59,872 nt of DNA, from assembly GCA_025603075.1 (NCBI GenBank), contig MU626385.1, forward strand, positions 1 to 59,872, written 5' to 3'. The notes beneath the pieces are model-generated. The model ran no database searches and was not told the DNA's origin. It was given only the letters and a program-made list of their open reading frames with translations. The DNA is from Neoconidiobolus thromboides FSU 785. Lineage: Eukaryota > Fungi > Entomophthoromycota. How positions within the stretch are numbered: the stretch's first letter is position 1; every line of letters starts with the position of its first letter. A program made the translations under genes and the position numbers. This document shows, one piece after another, positions 12,380 through 24,800 of the stretch.

Positions 12380-13272
12380 TGATAAAAGTAAAATAGAAAT
12401 AAGTTGAAAATTCAACAGTCACAACTTAAATTTAGATTTTGCACGCATTAGTTAAAACTTATTGTAAATTTAAGCTATAAACAGCAAATTGAGAAACTTC
12501 AAAAATCATTTACAATTAAAATAACATTTGTATGATATAAGCATATATATATAGGAAATAAATAAATACATAATATACATGTTTTCGTACATAATATATT
12601 ATAGCTATACAGCCATGTAAAAGTAGTGCGAATAATCTATAATCACAAAAATGAATCCAGTTTTAGATCATGCTTAGTTTACATAGAAAATTGATTATTT
12701 TTTCAAAAACAAATATTCTAAAAACTCTAACATGAACAATAACCTTGCTTTGTGATAGAAACATATATGTGACATTTAGTGTTATCAAATCTATAATGAA
12801 TTCACACTAAAATTGTTAAATTTAGATGGTCTAATGATGATTTATTTTTAAATAATAATTTTACAAAAATAAATGTTATAATATATCAGTCTATAAATAT
12901 TAATCCGAAGAAGTCTAAAATATAAGCAACTTATAACTAAAGCTATAGTAGGATTAATTCGAACACTTGAATAATATTAGTTTTTTTGCTCATTATCAGG
13001 ATATTTATATGAAAAATTATGACAAATTAAAAACTTTGCTTCATGTTTAAACTGAGTATATAATATTATAAATCTATAATTTGAATATAAATTAATTAAA
13101 ATCTAAAAACCACTTAATCTAGTTTGATAAATAATTGTAAATATATTTTTGTTAATAAATAATGTTGCTTTTTTTTTTGTCTTGATCATATCTCCCTTTT
13201 ATTTGTTTATTTATTTTTGTTTTTCTGCCTTTGTTTTTCTACTACTTTTCTATTTTGACCATTTAAAATAAT

Positions 13273-13366
13273 GGGGATGTATTTTTGTGTTTAAGAATTT
13301 TACTACCAAATTTTCCGCTTAAATAGCGCTTAAAAAATGGAAAAAATAATGAAAAAAAACACTTCC
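13273..13366 (+). mobile_element. MITE copy 6 (89 bp upstream of RRB1 ATG)
   Basis: GGGGATGTATTTTTG...AAAAAAACACTTCC; TSD TAAT/TAAT. Confidence 0.9.
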
Positions 13367-13455
13367 TAATAGTTCATATTATAGGACTATATTTTAATCC
13401 CATAATTCCCGAGATAAATTTTTTAGTTTTTAAAATTTTATTTTTATTTTTTAAA

Positions 13456-15185
13456 ATGTCAAAAAGACAAATAGATCAAAATGATAAGCAAGCAAAGCAA
13501 TTTCAAACTGAGACAAATATAGATAAAGTTGCAACTCAGCCTGAAGATGATATGGGCGAGTTCGAAGACCCTTTTGAAGATGAAATGGAAAGTGAAGAAG
13601 AAGTTATAGATCCAGACCAACAAGATGAAGGTAAGCAGATTCATTATTTTGTAGTATAAACTAAAAATAAAAGTTACCGAAGTAAATGATGAAGAAGAAG
13701 AAGAAGAAAATAACTTAGAGGTGTATTTACCTGGGGGTAAGCTTGAAGAGGGTGAGAAACTTGAAGTAGATAATTCTGCATATGTTATGTTACATTCTTT
13801 AAACGTACCATGGCCTTGCTTATCTTTTGATATTATAGAAGATCATTTAGGAAATGATAGAACTAAAGTAATTTTTTTAATGATATCATTCTATAGGCTA
13901 ATATTTATATTATAGTTTCCTCTTACTTCATATTTAGTTACTGGAACCCAAGCAGATAAAGCAAATAAGAATGAAGTTATGGTTCTCAAGTTATCACAAT
14001 TAAGTAAAACAAAGTATGATGATGGTATGTTTTATCGTTTTTAATGTAGACATATTAACCTTTATAAAGATGATGAGGATATGTCTGATGATGATGAAAT
14101 AGAAGATGATCCAATATTAGAATCTCGCTCTATTCCTCATTTCGGTGGAGTTAATAGAATTCGTGTAACTATACAATTTATTAATCTAAACATAACTAAA
14201 TTAACTCAAATTTATAGTCAACAAAAATCGACAATAACATTGTAGCAGCAACCTGGTCTGATACTGGAAAAGTCCATATTTACGATTTACAGCCACATTT
14301 AGCTGCTTTAGATGTACCTGGACACACTATACCTCCTCGTGCACAACAACCAATTTATACAATAGAATCTCATGGCCAAGAAGGATTTGCAATGGATTGG
14401 TCAACTATTCAACCTGGAAAGTAATATGATATAATATTATATTATATTATAATAATGTATTTATTTTTAAAGGCTTATAACTGGTGATTTTAATAACCGT
14501 ATATATTTAAGTAATGTAAGTAGTAATGGTATATCTCCTGATAGAGTTCCTTTCACTGGACATCAAGGATCTATTGAAGATTTACAATGGTCTCCATCTG
14601 AAGCGAATGTATTCTCTTCTTGCTCATCAGATTGTTCCGTGAAAATTTGGGATATAAGAAATAAAAAACGCCCTGCATTAGGTATTACTGCTCACAGCGC
14701 AGATGTTAATGTAATTACTTGGAACAAAAAAGTAAATTATTTGCTTGCTTCTGGTTCAGATGATGGAAGTTTTTCGGTTTGGGATTTACGCACATTTTCT
14801 AATAGTAAGACTCCTACTCCAGTTGCAACATTTAAATGGCATTCTGCACCCATTACATCAATTGAATGGCATCCAACAGAAGAATCTATTATCGGAGTTT
14901 CTGGAGCAGATGATCAAGTATCTCTTTGGGACTTGTCTGTTGAACCTGATGAAGAAGATCCATCACATGCTACATTTAAACAAGCAAACGGATCAGATGT
15001 TCCACCACAACTTTTGTTTGTTCATCAAGTAATTTCAAATATATCTATTTTATTAGATTATTTATTTATTTATTTATTAGGGCCAAAATGATATTAAAGA
15101 GATACATTGGCATAAACAAATTCCTGGATGTATGGTATCGACTTCTTATTCTGGATTCAATATTTTCAAGACTATTTCGATCTAA
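13456..15185 (+). CDS. RRB1: Ribosome assembly WD40 protein Rrb1/GRWD1, multi-exon
   Basis: Acidic N-terminus, [109 protein letters not shown] stop. Confidence 0.93.
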
Positions 15186-15387
15186 TGTTTTGATGATGAT
15201 ATAGATGAGACTGTTAAAAAAGTATAAGTGAATTTACTATTTAGTTTATCTTCTCTTAAAGAATACTTAAATCAATAGCATAGAGTTATAAAATATACTA
15301 TTTAATCAAAACTTCTGGTAATTTTCATACTTTTTATTTCAAAAGTTTATACAATATTTATATTTATATATGTTTTATTAAGTATAT

Positions 15388-15484
15388 AGTGATATTTTTT
15401 TTGGTTTTATCACTTTCCATTTTTTAAGCGCAATTTGAGCGAAAAGATTGCTAGTAAAATTCTTAGATGAAAAAATACATTCCC
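15388..15484 (-). mobile_element. MITE copy 7
   Basis: Reverse family core ending AAAAATACATTCCC; TSD ATAT/ATAT. Confidence 0.88.
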
Positions 15485-15926
15485 ATATGTTGATAATAGT
15501 AAGTAGAGTATTTTTTTAGTCAAAGATATAAGCTATTTATACATCAAAAATAAATTTGATTATAAACTCCATAGTTGCTCGTAGTCAATTCAAATATGGA
15601 ATTTAGTAGAAATTTAAAATGAAAACAAATAACAGAAAATTAGAATATAAATATATTAAAGAATAAAGGATATTTATTATTTAGTTGTTAACTAATAAGA
15701 TATTGACAGAACTATACAAAAATAATGTTAACATATATGATATAGTTTATTAACTAGTTGAACCTTTAGTTAACTCGGATTTTCTAAAGTATCTTAAAAT
15801 ACTATTGTAAAGGAGTCAGTATCTTTATTCTTAAATAAACATAAAAATTTAATAGTAAATATAAAATGGGTATGATAATTTATTTATGAGGAATTAATAT
15901 ATACTTTCATGAGTTTCAATATTAGA

Positions 15927-16577
15927 TTATGCATTAGCAATTGGAGTTGGTGCTTCAGAAGAGTTACCTTGGCCATTACCAGCTTGGTTTGGATTATCAC
16001 TATTATTCGTTAAAACATTATTGTCGTTAGCAAAGAAATTGGAATTATTTTGTGGTAAAGCTACAGGAGGTGAATTAGGTTGTATATTGTTTGATAAATT
16101 ATTTAAACTATTTTGTACATTAGGCTGAACTTGTGAGTTAGGTTGGATATTATTATTTAATATACCAGGATTAGTTTGTACTGGTGATTGAATTTGGGCT
16201 TGTGCAGTTGGTTGAGAACGAAATAGAGTGATCGGTGGTCTTGTTGGAGTAACTGGAGGTAATGGCCATGGGGTTGGATTTGGTGGATAATAGTCATTGT
16301 AATTATTATAAGTACTCGTTGGTCTTCTATTATTATCAAAATCATCAACACTACTTGTTTCTGGTCTTCTAATTGGAATATAAATAGGCTGTGGTACAGG
16401 CACATAAACTATTTTTTGTTTATATTTGGTCTTATATTTAATTTTTGTTTTATGTTTTGGATGATAATGTGGTCTATGTTTTGGATAATAATCGTCATAG
16501 GAATCTTCATAGGAATCTTCATAATTTTTAGCTAATAAAGTTGATAAGAAACCAATAATAAGGATAGTATGTCTCAT
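15927..16577 (-). CDS. Secreted low-complexity protein (Tyr/His/Lys-rich N-terminus, Pro-rich middle, Asn/Gln-rich tail)
   Basis: 216-aa intronless ORF with signal-peptide-like start MRHTILIIGFLSTLLA; TATATAA upstream. Confidence 0.75.
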   Translation of the reverse strand: MRHTILIIGFLSTLLAKNYEDSYEDSYDDYYPKHRPHYHPKHKTKIKYKTKYKQKIVYVPVPQPIYIPIRRPETSSVDDFDNNRRPTSTYNNYNDYYPPNPTPWPLPPVTPTRPPITLFRSQPTAQAQIQSPVQTNPGILNNNIQPNSQVQPNVQNSLNNLSNNIQPNSPPVALPQNNSNFFANDNNVLTNNSDNPNQAGNGQGNSSEAPTPIANA

Positions 16578-17177
16578 TATTTTATTTGATATTTAATATT
16601 CTATGTATTAAGCTTACTTATATATCATTTTAGTATTCTATTACATAACGACTTGTTTATATTATAATTATAAACATATTATACAACAAGCGAAGTGATC
16701 TGCTCTATTTTGTATCTAATTTTACTATTAACCGATTTAACGTAATTAAATAAAAAATTAAAAAACCAAGTTTCAAATTCAACAGTCAATAAAGGAATTA
16801 AATTGATATTAAATTTTCAAATTATGTTAAGTAGTATTGTTGGAACCTAGTTACAACTTAATATGAATTTAATGATATTATGATCTATATTATAGTATAC
16901 TTCTATACAGTAAGTACTTAAAGTTATTTATTTAAGCATAAAATTTTAAATAAGTCATTTTTGTTTTATTTGTAACGAGAAAATAAGTTAAAAATTTGAT
17001 TTATTTTTTAGTTGTTAATTTAAATTAAACTAACTGTAAACTCACTTTAAGTTTACTAACTGTAAATTTCCGGAAAATCATAAGTCATAAATAAATAATA
17101 ATATAAATAAATAAAAAATTATATATATATACATATATTACTACTAAACAGAAGAAAAAGTAAGTTTAAACTAAATC

Positions 17178-17705
17178 ATGAAATCTATTGTATTATTAGG
17201 GTTTATCAGCCTTGCATTAAGTCATTATGAGCATGAAGAATATCATGAGTCTCATCATCCAAAGCATTATGAAGAATATAACGGTAATGAATATTATGGA
17301 GGCTGGAAAGATAAAGTAAAGAAATATTTTGAGGGAAAAGACTATAAAGGATCTTATGATAATGACTATCACAGTGATTATAAAATTACCCCTATAAATT
17401 TATACGTTGAAGATGCCAACGACTCATCAAATGAAAATAAAGACTATAAAGAGAATGAAAAGAAAGAAGAGTACCATGATAACGAAAAGAAGGAGGATGC
17501 ACCTGCAGCTATGCCTACTAATTCAGAAAAGAAACAAGATATGCTTGTTCCTACCAGCTCAGAAAAGAAACAAGATATGCCTACCTTCACCAGAGATATT
17601 ACTAAACAACCCAAAAACCGTAAGAATAGCATTAAATCTACTCGCTTAGAACCAAATCAGCCTGCTCCAACTGAAATTGTTGAATTCGAACCAGTATCAA
17701 ACTAA
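17178..17705 (+). CDS. Secreted His/Tyr/Glu/Lys-rich low-complexity protein
   Basis: 175-aa intronless ORF with signal-peptide-like start MKSIVLLGFISLALS. Confidence 0.75.
   Translation: MKSIVLLGFISLALSHYEHEEYHESHHPKHYEEYNGNEYYGGWKDKVKKYFEGKDYKGSYDNDYHSDYKITPINLYVEDANDSSNENKDYKENEKKEEYHDNEKKEDAPAAMPTNSEKKQDMLVPTSSEKKQDMPTFTRDITKQPKNRKNSIKSTRLEPNQPAPTEIVEFEPVSN
17514..17585 (+). repeat. 36-bp in-frame tandem duplication (PTNSEKKQDMLV / PTSSEKKQDMPT)
   Basis: cctactaattcagaaaagaaacaagatatgcttgtt followed by cctaccagctcagaaaagaaacaagatatgcctacc. Confidence 0.9.
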
Positions 17706-17778
17706 TAATAAAGTCATTTAATAAATTTCTTAATTTCAATTTTTATATTGTTTATGTTTATTTATATTATTTAGAACA

Positions 17779-18570
17779 TTATCCTAAAGGACGTGGGATA
17801 TTTAATGAGCTATTAAGGTTTTGTTGGATCGGTAAGGGTAGAGAGGGTAATGTATTTAAAAGTGGTTTGGTATAAGTTACACTAAATTGGGACTTAGAAG
17901 TGATTTTAGTGTTGGCATTTACAGGAATAGATTCATAAATAACTTCATTGAATATTGAAGTCATTTTAATATTAATTTTACCACCTTCACCTAATGGTAG
18001 ACCACCAAATAAATTAAAATTCAATCTTTTAAATGGGATTGTGCTTCCATTCACATCAATAACAACATCTTTTACAGGAACAGCTAAATTAGTTACTCTA
18101 AAAATTAAACTTAATAAATATTAATATATATGATAAATACTGTATTACAATAACGCAATTGTTTTTACATTAGGGGGATAAACCCAATAATATTCAACTG
18201 TCCCTAAAACTGGACAAGGCGAGAATGCCCAATCAACTTCTATAAACCCTAGAGATAAATCTCCTATTTTTGAAAATGAATCCCTATCCATAACAATATC
18301 CGTCGGATTACATCCAAGACATTGATCAACTATAGTAACTTGTATTGATTGTTGACTTAATCTATTCTTAATTACTGCACATAAACCACATGAATAGGTA
18401 TCAACAAAATTACTTGGCCCAACTGCAGCATAAAATTTAAAAGCGTTATCATTGAATGCACATTTAGTTGTACTTAACGGAAACGAGTTATATCTTGCAA
18501 GACCACTATATGTATCTGCATATACTATAGTAAATAAAAATAAAATGAAATAATTAATTATAAATAACAT
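17779..18570 (-). CDS. Expansin-like protein (DPBB domain plus CBM63-like second domain), 2 exons
   Basis: Signal peptide; YAAV..SCGLC..VTIVDQCLGC..SFSKIG..EVDWAFSPCPV; after one intron LLVTNLAVPV..FNLF..LG.G.INIKMT, matching the EXLX two-domain layout. Confidence 0.8.
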
Positions 18571-20175
18571 ATTCTATAAAATAAAGATGAATTAAAAGTA
18601 AAATTTAATTAAAGTTGAGGTTTATAAATTATATTAACTATCTGTGTATGATGAACATCGGAATTTTATTTATAAGTGAAATAAAGTAGCAATAATTTTT
18701 CCTTAATATAAAACTATAAATTAATGTGAAGTAACTGAAATTATAGATCTTAAGTTTTACTAGTGAGACTATAAGTTATGTTTAGCCATCAAATTCAATG
18801 AATTAAATTTTAACGTTCAATGCCTTATATCCTTATTTTTTGTTTTTCAACTGAAAAGCATAATAGAATGTAAACTATTCAGTTAGATTTTGTTTAATGA
18901 AATAAAATATCTAAATCGTAACTTTGAATTTATAATTAATTCTAGTCAAAACCATTAATAGAATTAGAGCTGTTACTTAAGCACATACAAGTACTGTTTT
19001 TTATAAGCAAACTCTAATTAAACTACAATTTCGAAATAAATATTTAGCTTATAAAATAATAATTTATAACTCCTTATATACTACCAGCAGTAAATATGAA
19101 TGATTTCATAAATCTATCACTAATATCCCCCTGGAAGTTACCAGTCCCTGCTTAAAACTTAATTAAAATATATTGAACATATGTAACAAAGGAGCTTTAG
19201 AAGACAGTACTATACGCCAACTTTATCCATCTACAATAAAGCAAATTTATTTATATCTAGTTATATAGTAAGATATGACCAACATAAGATGTTTGGGCAT
19301 TGATTTTTATTAGCACATAAAAAGCTATATTATGAGAATACTAACGAACACAAAGATCAAGTATTAACATGTAGAAACTTAATAATTTTTCGAATGTCAA
19401 TCAAAGTATAAATATTTACTTCAATAGTATAGATAAAGATTATAACAATATAAGTGAAATCTAGTTGTTTTGATAGAATTAAACTTCTACTATAATCTTA
19501 AGGATTTCCTAGGATTTTTTTCTATCTAGAAAAAACAAAAGTAAAAACTCTAATTCTCTAATTACTAGTTACCTTTTTTACTTTTTTTCTATTGAATTTT
19601 TATTAATAAACAATCAAAATGGATATTAATATAAACTAATCTATTAAACCGGGTTTATATTAATTAATTTTCAATTATAAAGTCGACAATTAATTACATA
19701 CAAGTGATATAAATACTTGAAACTTATTCAACTTAAATAAAGATTTTAAAAAAACGCCAGTAATTAAAAAAAGAGGCTACACATGAAATCACCAATAAAA
19801 TAACTAATTGACAAATTATAAGAAGGATCATGACAAAATCAACTCAAAGTTAACTCTATACTCATATGATTATTACTAATATTAAAGATATACCATTGCA
19901 CTTATAGCGAAATTAAATACCTCACTTGCATAAATTGTTAATAAGTAAATATAGAATTAGCTATTATTACTATGAATAAAGTAAGTTTGAAAAGTTTTTA
20001 AACACTACAAAACAAAGCGGTTCAAATATAATGAAATATTCAGCAGAACCAAATTAACATATTTGTGTTTAGCTAAAAAAATATATATAAATATAAAGCA
20101 TTAGAAAAAAATATCAAACCTTAACACCCTTTTATTAAGGATATCAAGCTAATAATATAATTACACTTATCAAAG

Positions 20176-21753
20176 ATGAAAATGGATTATAGCCCATTAT
20201 TTGATAGTTACAAAGCAAAAGGGATTCAAAGAGACAAACGACCGAAGCCATTGGATTTAAATTATAATGGATATCAGCCATTGTTTGATATAATTAAAAG
20301 TTCAGGAATTCGTATGAGAAGTGCAAGGCTAAATATAAATCTAAAATCAAGTAACAAACTAATAGGGATAAACGAAGTTATAAAAGAAAAAATACACAGT
20401 AGTAATATTTATAATAATGGGAAAAACAACACTATACCAAAGTCCTTTATATTTCTACAAACAATTGAGCTATTTATTAATGTAGGACTACGCTCAATAT
20501 TAATATTTTATTTAAATTCAAAAGTTGGTACAAATCCAGAGCAGTCAAAACATATAACTCATCTGTTTGGGGCCCTAATTTATTTATTTCCACTAATAAT
20601 TGGGATAATATCTGATATGGTATTAAATGAATATTATTGTTCATTGATCTGTATAGTGATACTAAATATCGGTCTATTAATATTATTCCTAACATCTTTT
20701 AATCCTTCACTCTACTTTTATTATATATTGTTAAGTCTATTTTTAATATCAATAGGATTAGGAGGATTAAAACCAAATTTAAACTCATTGGCAATACTAA
20801 AAATGGAAAGTAACAATATACCAGAATATAACATAAAGAGATATTTTAATTATAACTTTATATTTAATACATTATCTATTACATGCGCATCATTTATAGT
20901 ACCATATTTAATATCATTTAGATGCAACAAGTCAAATCAATGTTATCCCATTCCATTTTCATTACTATTGTTACTATCTATATTGATGTTTGCGATATTT
21001 TTATTTAAAAATGATGAGAGTATTAAAAAAATAATACCAAAAGAAAAAAACGTGTACAATAATAAATACATAAACAATTTGATTAATACGTTTTTATTAA
21101 TGAGTCCACTATCTTTTTTTTGGATGCTATATGATCAAGGTATGACAGTTTGGCAGTATCAATATGAGAATATGAATAAAGAATGGCTAATTCCGACAAT
21201 TAGTATTCCAACAGAAATAATAGGCTCAATAACGAACTTTTTATTGATTACGATATTAATATTAATAATTTTTTTAATCGATCCTCTACTTAACTCATAT
21301 AAAATCCAATTCAATGGCATGCCACGTATGATAATAGCTTTCCTTTGCTTGATAACCGCTTATATCGGATCTAACATTTTACAATATAAAATTCAGCAAA
21401 ATCAAGTAGACAATTTGACTAATAAAGTATACCTAAACAATCGGATAATAAAATGTGATAACTGTTTACCAGGCTCATTGCAGATATTTCAGTTATTTTT
21501 CCAAGCTTTAGCTGAAGCATTATTAGGAACTTCAACTCCACAATTTGCATACTCCGAAAGCCACAATAACCTGAGAAATATTACACAAGGTATTTTATTC
21601 CTTACCAATTCTATAGGGAATTTCCTAGTCTATTTCATCGATGGATTCGTATTACTTAATACTTCAACTACAAACAGTATGTGGGCTTATATAGGGTTAT
21701 CTATTATAGCTAATATTATATTTATATTTTTATACTTTTATAAAAAACAATAA
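20176..21753 (+). CDS. POT/PTR2 family (SLC15-like) oligopeptide transporter, divergent, intronless
   Basis: 525 aa with many hydrophobic segments; LRSILIFYL, GIISDMVL, GLGGLKPNL, FWMLYDQG, QFAYSES..LRNITQG match POT motifs. Confidence 0.82.
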   Translation: MKMDYSPLFDSYKAKGIQRDKRPKPLDLNYNGYQPLFDIIKSSGIRMRSARLNINLKSSNKLIGINEVIKEKIHSSNIYNNGKNNTIPKSFIFLQTIELFINVGLRSILIFYLNSKVGTNPEQSKHITHLFGALIYLFPLIIGIISDMVLNEYYCSLICIVILNIGLLILFLTSFNPSLYFYYILLSLFLISIGLGGLKPNLNSLAILKMESNNIPEYNIKRYFNYNFIFNTLSITCASFIVPYLISFRCNKSNQCYPIPFSLLLLLSILMFAIFLFKNDESIKKIIPKEKNVYNNKYINNLINTFLLMSPLSFFWMLYDQGMTVWQYQYENMNKEWLIPTISIPTEIIGSITNFLLITILILIIFLIDPLLNSYKIQFNGMPRMIIAFLCLITAYIGSNILQYKIQQNQVDNLTNKVYLNNRIIKCDNCLPGSLQIFQLFFQALAEALLGTSTPQFAYSESHNNLRNITQGILFLTNSIGNFLVYFIDGFVLLNTSTTNSMWAYIGLSIIANIIFIFLYFYKKQ

Positions 21754-21816
21754 TAAACTAATCAATTAATTATTTTCTTATTTATTTTTAATAATGACAA
21801 TATATGATTTAATATT

Positions 21817-24800
21817 TCAAAGGTCTTGTATTGTTAAAATTTCCAATTCATTAAAACAGCATGACTCAGGTTGATTTAAACGCAAAGTTTCAATTTCTTT
21901 AAGTGGGCGGAAAAATACTTTTAAATTAACAACACCTAATTCGGTACCTACTTTTAAAAGCCATTCACGCCATGGCTTAGGGTTTGGTAAATTAACATTT
22001 AAAGCCTCTCGTAATGGCTTAGGAATATCACTTTTAATAGGAAGATCTTCATATCTTAGATCAGATCGAAGTAAAGATTGTAAGGAGACAGGAATAGTTG
22101 AATTGAATTCAATAGCAACATAGATAAAGCTAGTATTATCAGGAACTCGAAGACTATACGCACTTTCATTCACATTAATATCATGTCGCATTAGAGGAGT
22201 ATAGTTATTATTGATACCATTTATGGCTCCTTGAAATGATATTATTGTGAGATTTTGAATTATTCTTAAAGGATAATTTACTATAAATCAAATGTTATTA
22301 AGTTACGTTTTTTAAAAATGAAGTTACCATTTATTTCATTTAGCTTTATGTCAATATTGTCAATCATAGCATCTTCATCATACTTGATTCTTTTATTCGA
22401 TTCATTAAATGACTCATCCGTATATAGAATATAACTTTGTGATTCATTATAAGCTTGATAAAAATTTGAGTTGTCTGCTATTTCTTCAATGTTACCATAC
22501 GATCCTTCGGATGATAAACTAGACGATCTAACCTCTTCTTCTTCTTCTTCTTCCGGTGGTTTAATTAAAAATGGCTCAAATCCTAAATCGATATCTAAGT
22601 AATAAATTTAATATGTACAATTTTTATCAAATTAAACTTACTTCCTATATTATTGTTTGGCCGATTTGATCTATTGTTACTATGCTTATGTGTGCATGAA
22701 TATTTTTTTGCAAAAGGAACCCTTTTTAAATTGAGACTAGCTTCTCTTTCTACTAATCTGTATGGGAAATATGGATAAACACTGATATATTTTGCTCGAT
22801 CAACTGCAGGCTTAAATTTATTTTGTTCAGAAGGTGCATAAATAAATTCGTAAAAGAAAGTATCACTATCACTATGGTCTTTGGAATAATCTTAAATAAA
22901 GAAGTTAGGGTTTTAGAAATTTATAATAAAAAACAGTTATTACAGCACTGATACTTCTTTACAAATAATAGGCAGCACTTTCTGCTTATTGCTCCCATTA
23001 CATACAGATTCTTATTTTGTGTTTTAAATACTTCGTTAGGTTCAAAGCCATAATTTATACTTGAAGGTATCTAAAACGTATTACTTTAAAATCTATATCT
23101 AATTTTAAAACTTAGATTTACAGCATCTTTAAAAATAAATTTTGATCCAGTAATATAAGCATCCTCTCTAATATATAAATTAATATGAATTAATATTATT
23201 ATTTTTGATGTACCCTTTTCGTGTTATACAGCTAATAGATATTATAACATCCATGTTTAACTCTTGATCATAAACTAATACATTATCACCTAAGAAAGCC
23301 TAATTGATATTGACTAGAATAAAAATATGCATATATTACCTAAGCTATATATTACACCATCATAGTAATAAGTTAACAAACCAGAGCTCTAAGATAATAT
23401 AAATAATACCAATGAATCATTATACTTTTTACCTTATATTGCTTCACATTTATTTCTTTATTCAATCCCAATTTCAAGAGTTCACTACTTAAGAAATCAT
23501 AAACGAACTAAAAATTAAAAAACAATGTTTATATTATATATTTTATATACCTCTAATACAATAGACTTCTTGACTAAAGGATGGTTTTGATCATAGTATT
23601 CTTGTACATTCTTTGTTAGTAGCTTTATATTCTTATCCAAATCACTTATGCTTTTGATAGCGTTTATTCTATTCTACAACTATTAATCTTAATAAAAAGT
23701 TTATATTAATTAAACTACTTTAATCATGATGATATTGATAGGACTAGTAATTATTTCATAATAATCCGGATAGTCTTCGATTGGAGGTAAATTCGCAAAA
23801 TAAGATACTAATGGTTTATTATCACTAATTTATAATATTATTAGTAGTATTTTTTAGCGTAAAATTATATTCAACCTTTTATCCGTGTATTCTAAAATTT
23901 GATTGAACAATTCATTCAATATTAAACTGCACTGCTTACTAATTTCAATCGGGGCCATTTCCCCTTCGTTTTTTTTTAATCTTTTTAATATATTTTCTTT
24001 CATATAGATTTTATGTGCTTCCAATATTTCTAAGATTTCTTTCATTTCTTGATCGCTTAGTTTTAAATTCATCGATCTTTTTCGTTTGGGTGTTTCTTTT
24101 TTAACGTTGATTTCAACAGTATTATCCATATTTTTTTCTTCAACTTCTGTCATAAAATCCATATTAATATTTCCTATACCATCGTTAATTTCATTCGATG
24201 GAAGCCCATCTTTATAATAGGCTTTACCATGTTTAAAAAAATATCTAGATACAGAGCCCTCTTCGAATTTCAACTGATCCAATGGTATATAATTATCCTT
24301 CAAAAATAAGTAAACATATTCTTATATAATGGGGTAATTTTACTTTTAAAATACTTTTTCTCCAATTTTCAAAATCATGGTATCTATCAAAGCTGATACT
24401 TGAGGCATGTAATTGATTAGAAGTTTCAATATCTAAATTTGAAACTTTAAGGAGATGGTAACAAACCTTTGGATTCCCTAAATTTATTATTATTTTTCGA
24501 ATCATTTTAATAGCACATTATCTATCTAATACATACCACCTAATGCCCCCCATTCCAAAGCATTGAGATTGAACATAGGGTCTACAGTATCAGGACTATA
24601 AGACTCTCCTAATAAGAATAATAATCCACGAATCCTTCCGAAAAAGCTAGCAGATTGTAAGGGGGTGAAATAAACTTGACAATTGTTAAATGTAAGTTTA
24701 ATTGGTGTATCCATATTATTCTTTTTATAATTTTTTCCATCCTTTATTGTAATGTCATGATGCACAAATAGTTTACTTAGTATTTCTCCATCTATTAAAA

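Noticed and set aside
13273-15484. Inverted MITE pair flanking RRB1 as a composite transposon carrying the gene
   Set aside because: Each copy has its own complete TSD (TAAT vs ATAT), so they are independent insertions.
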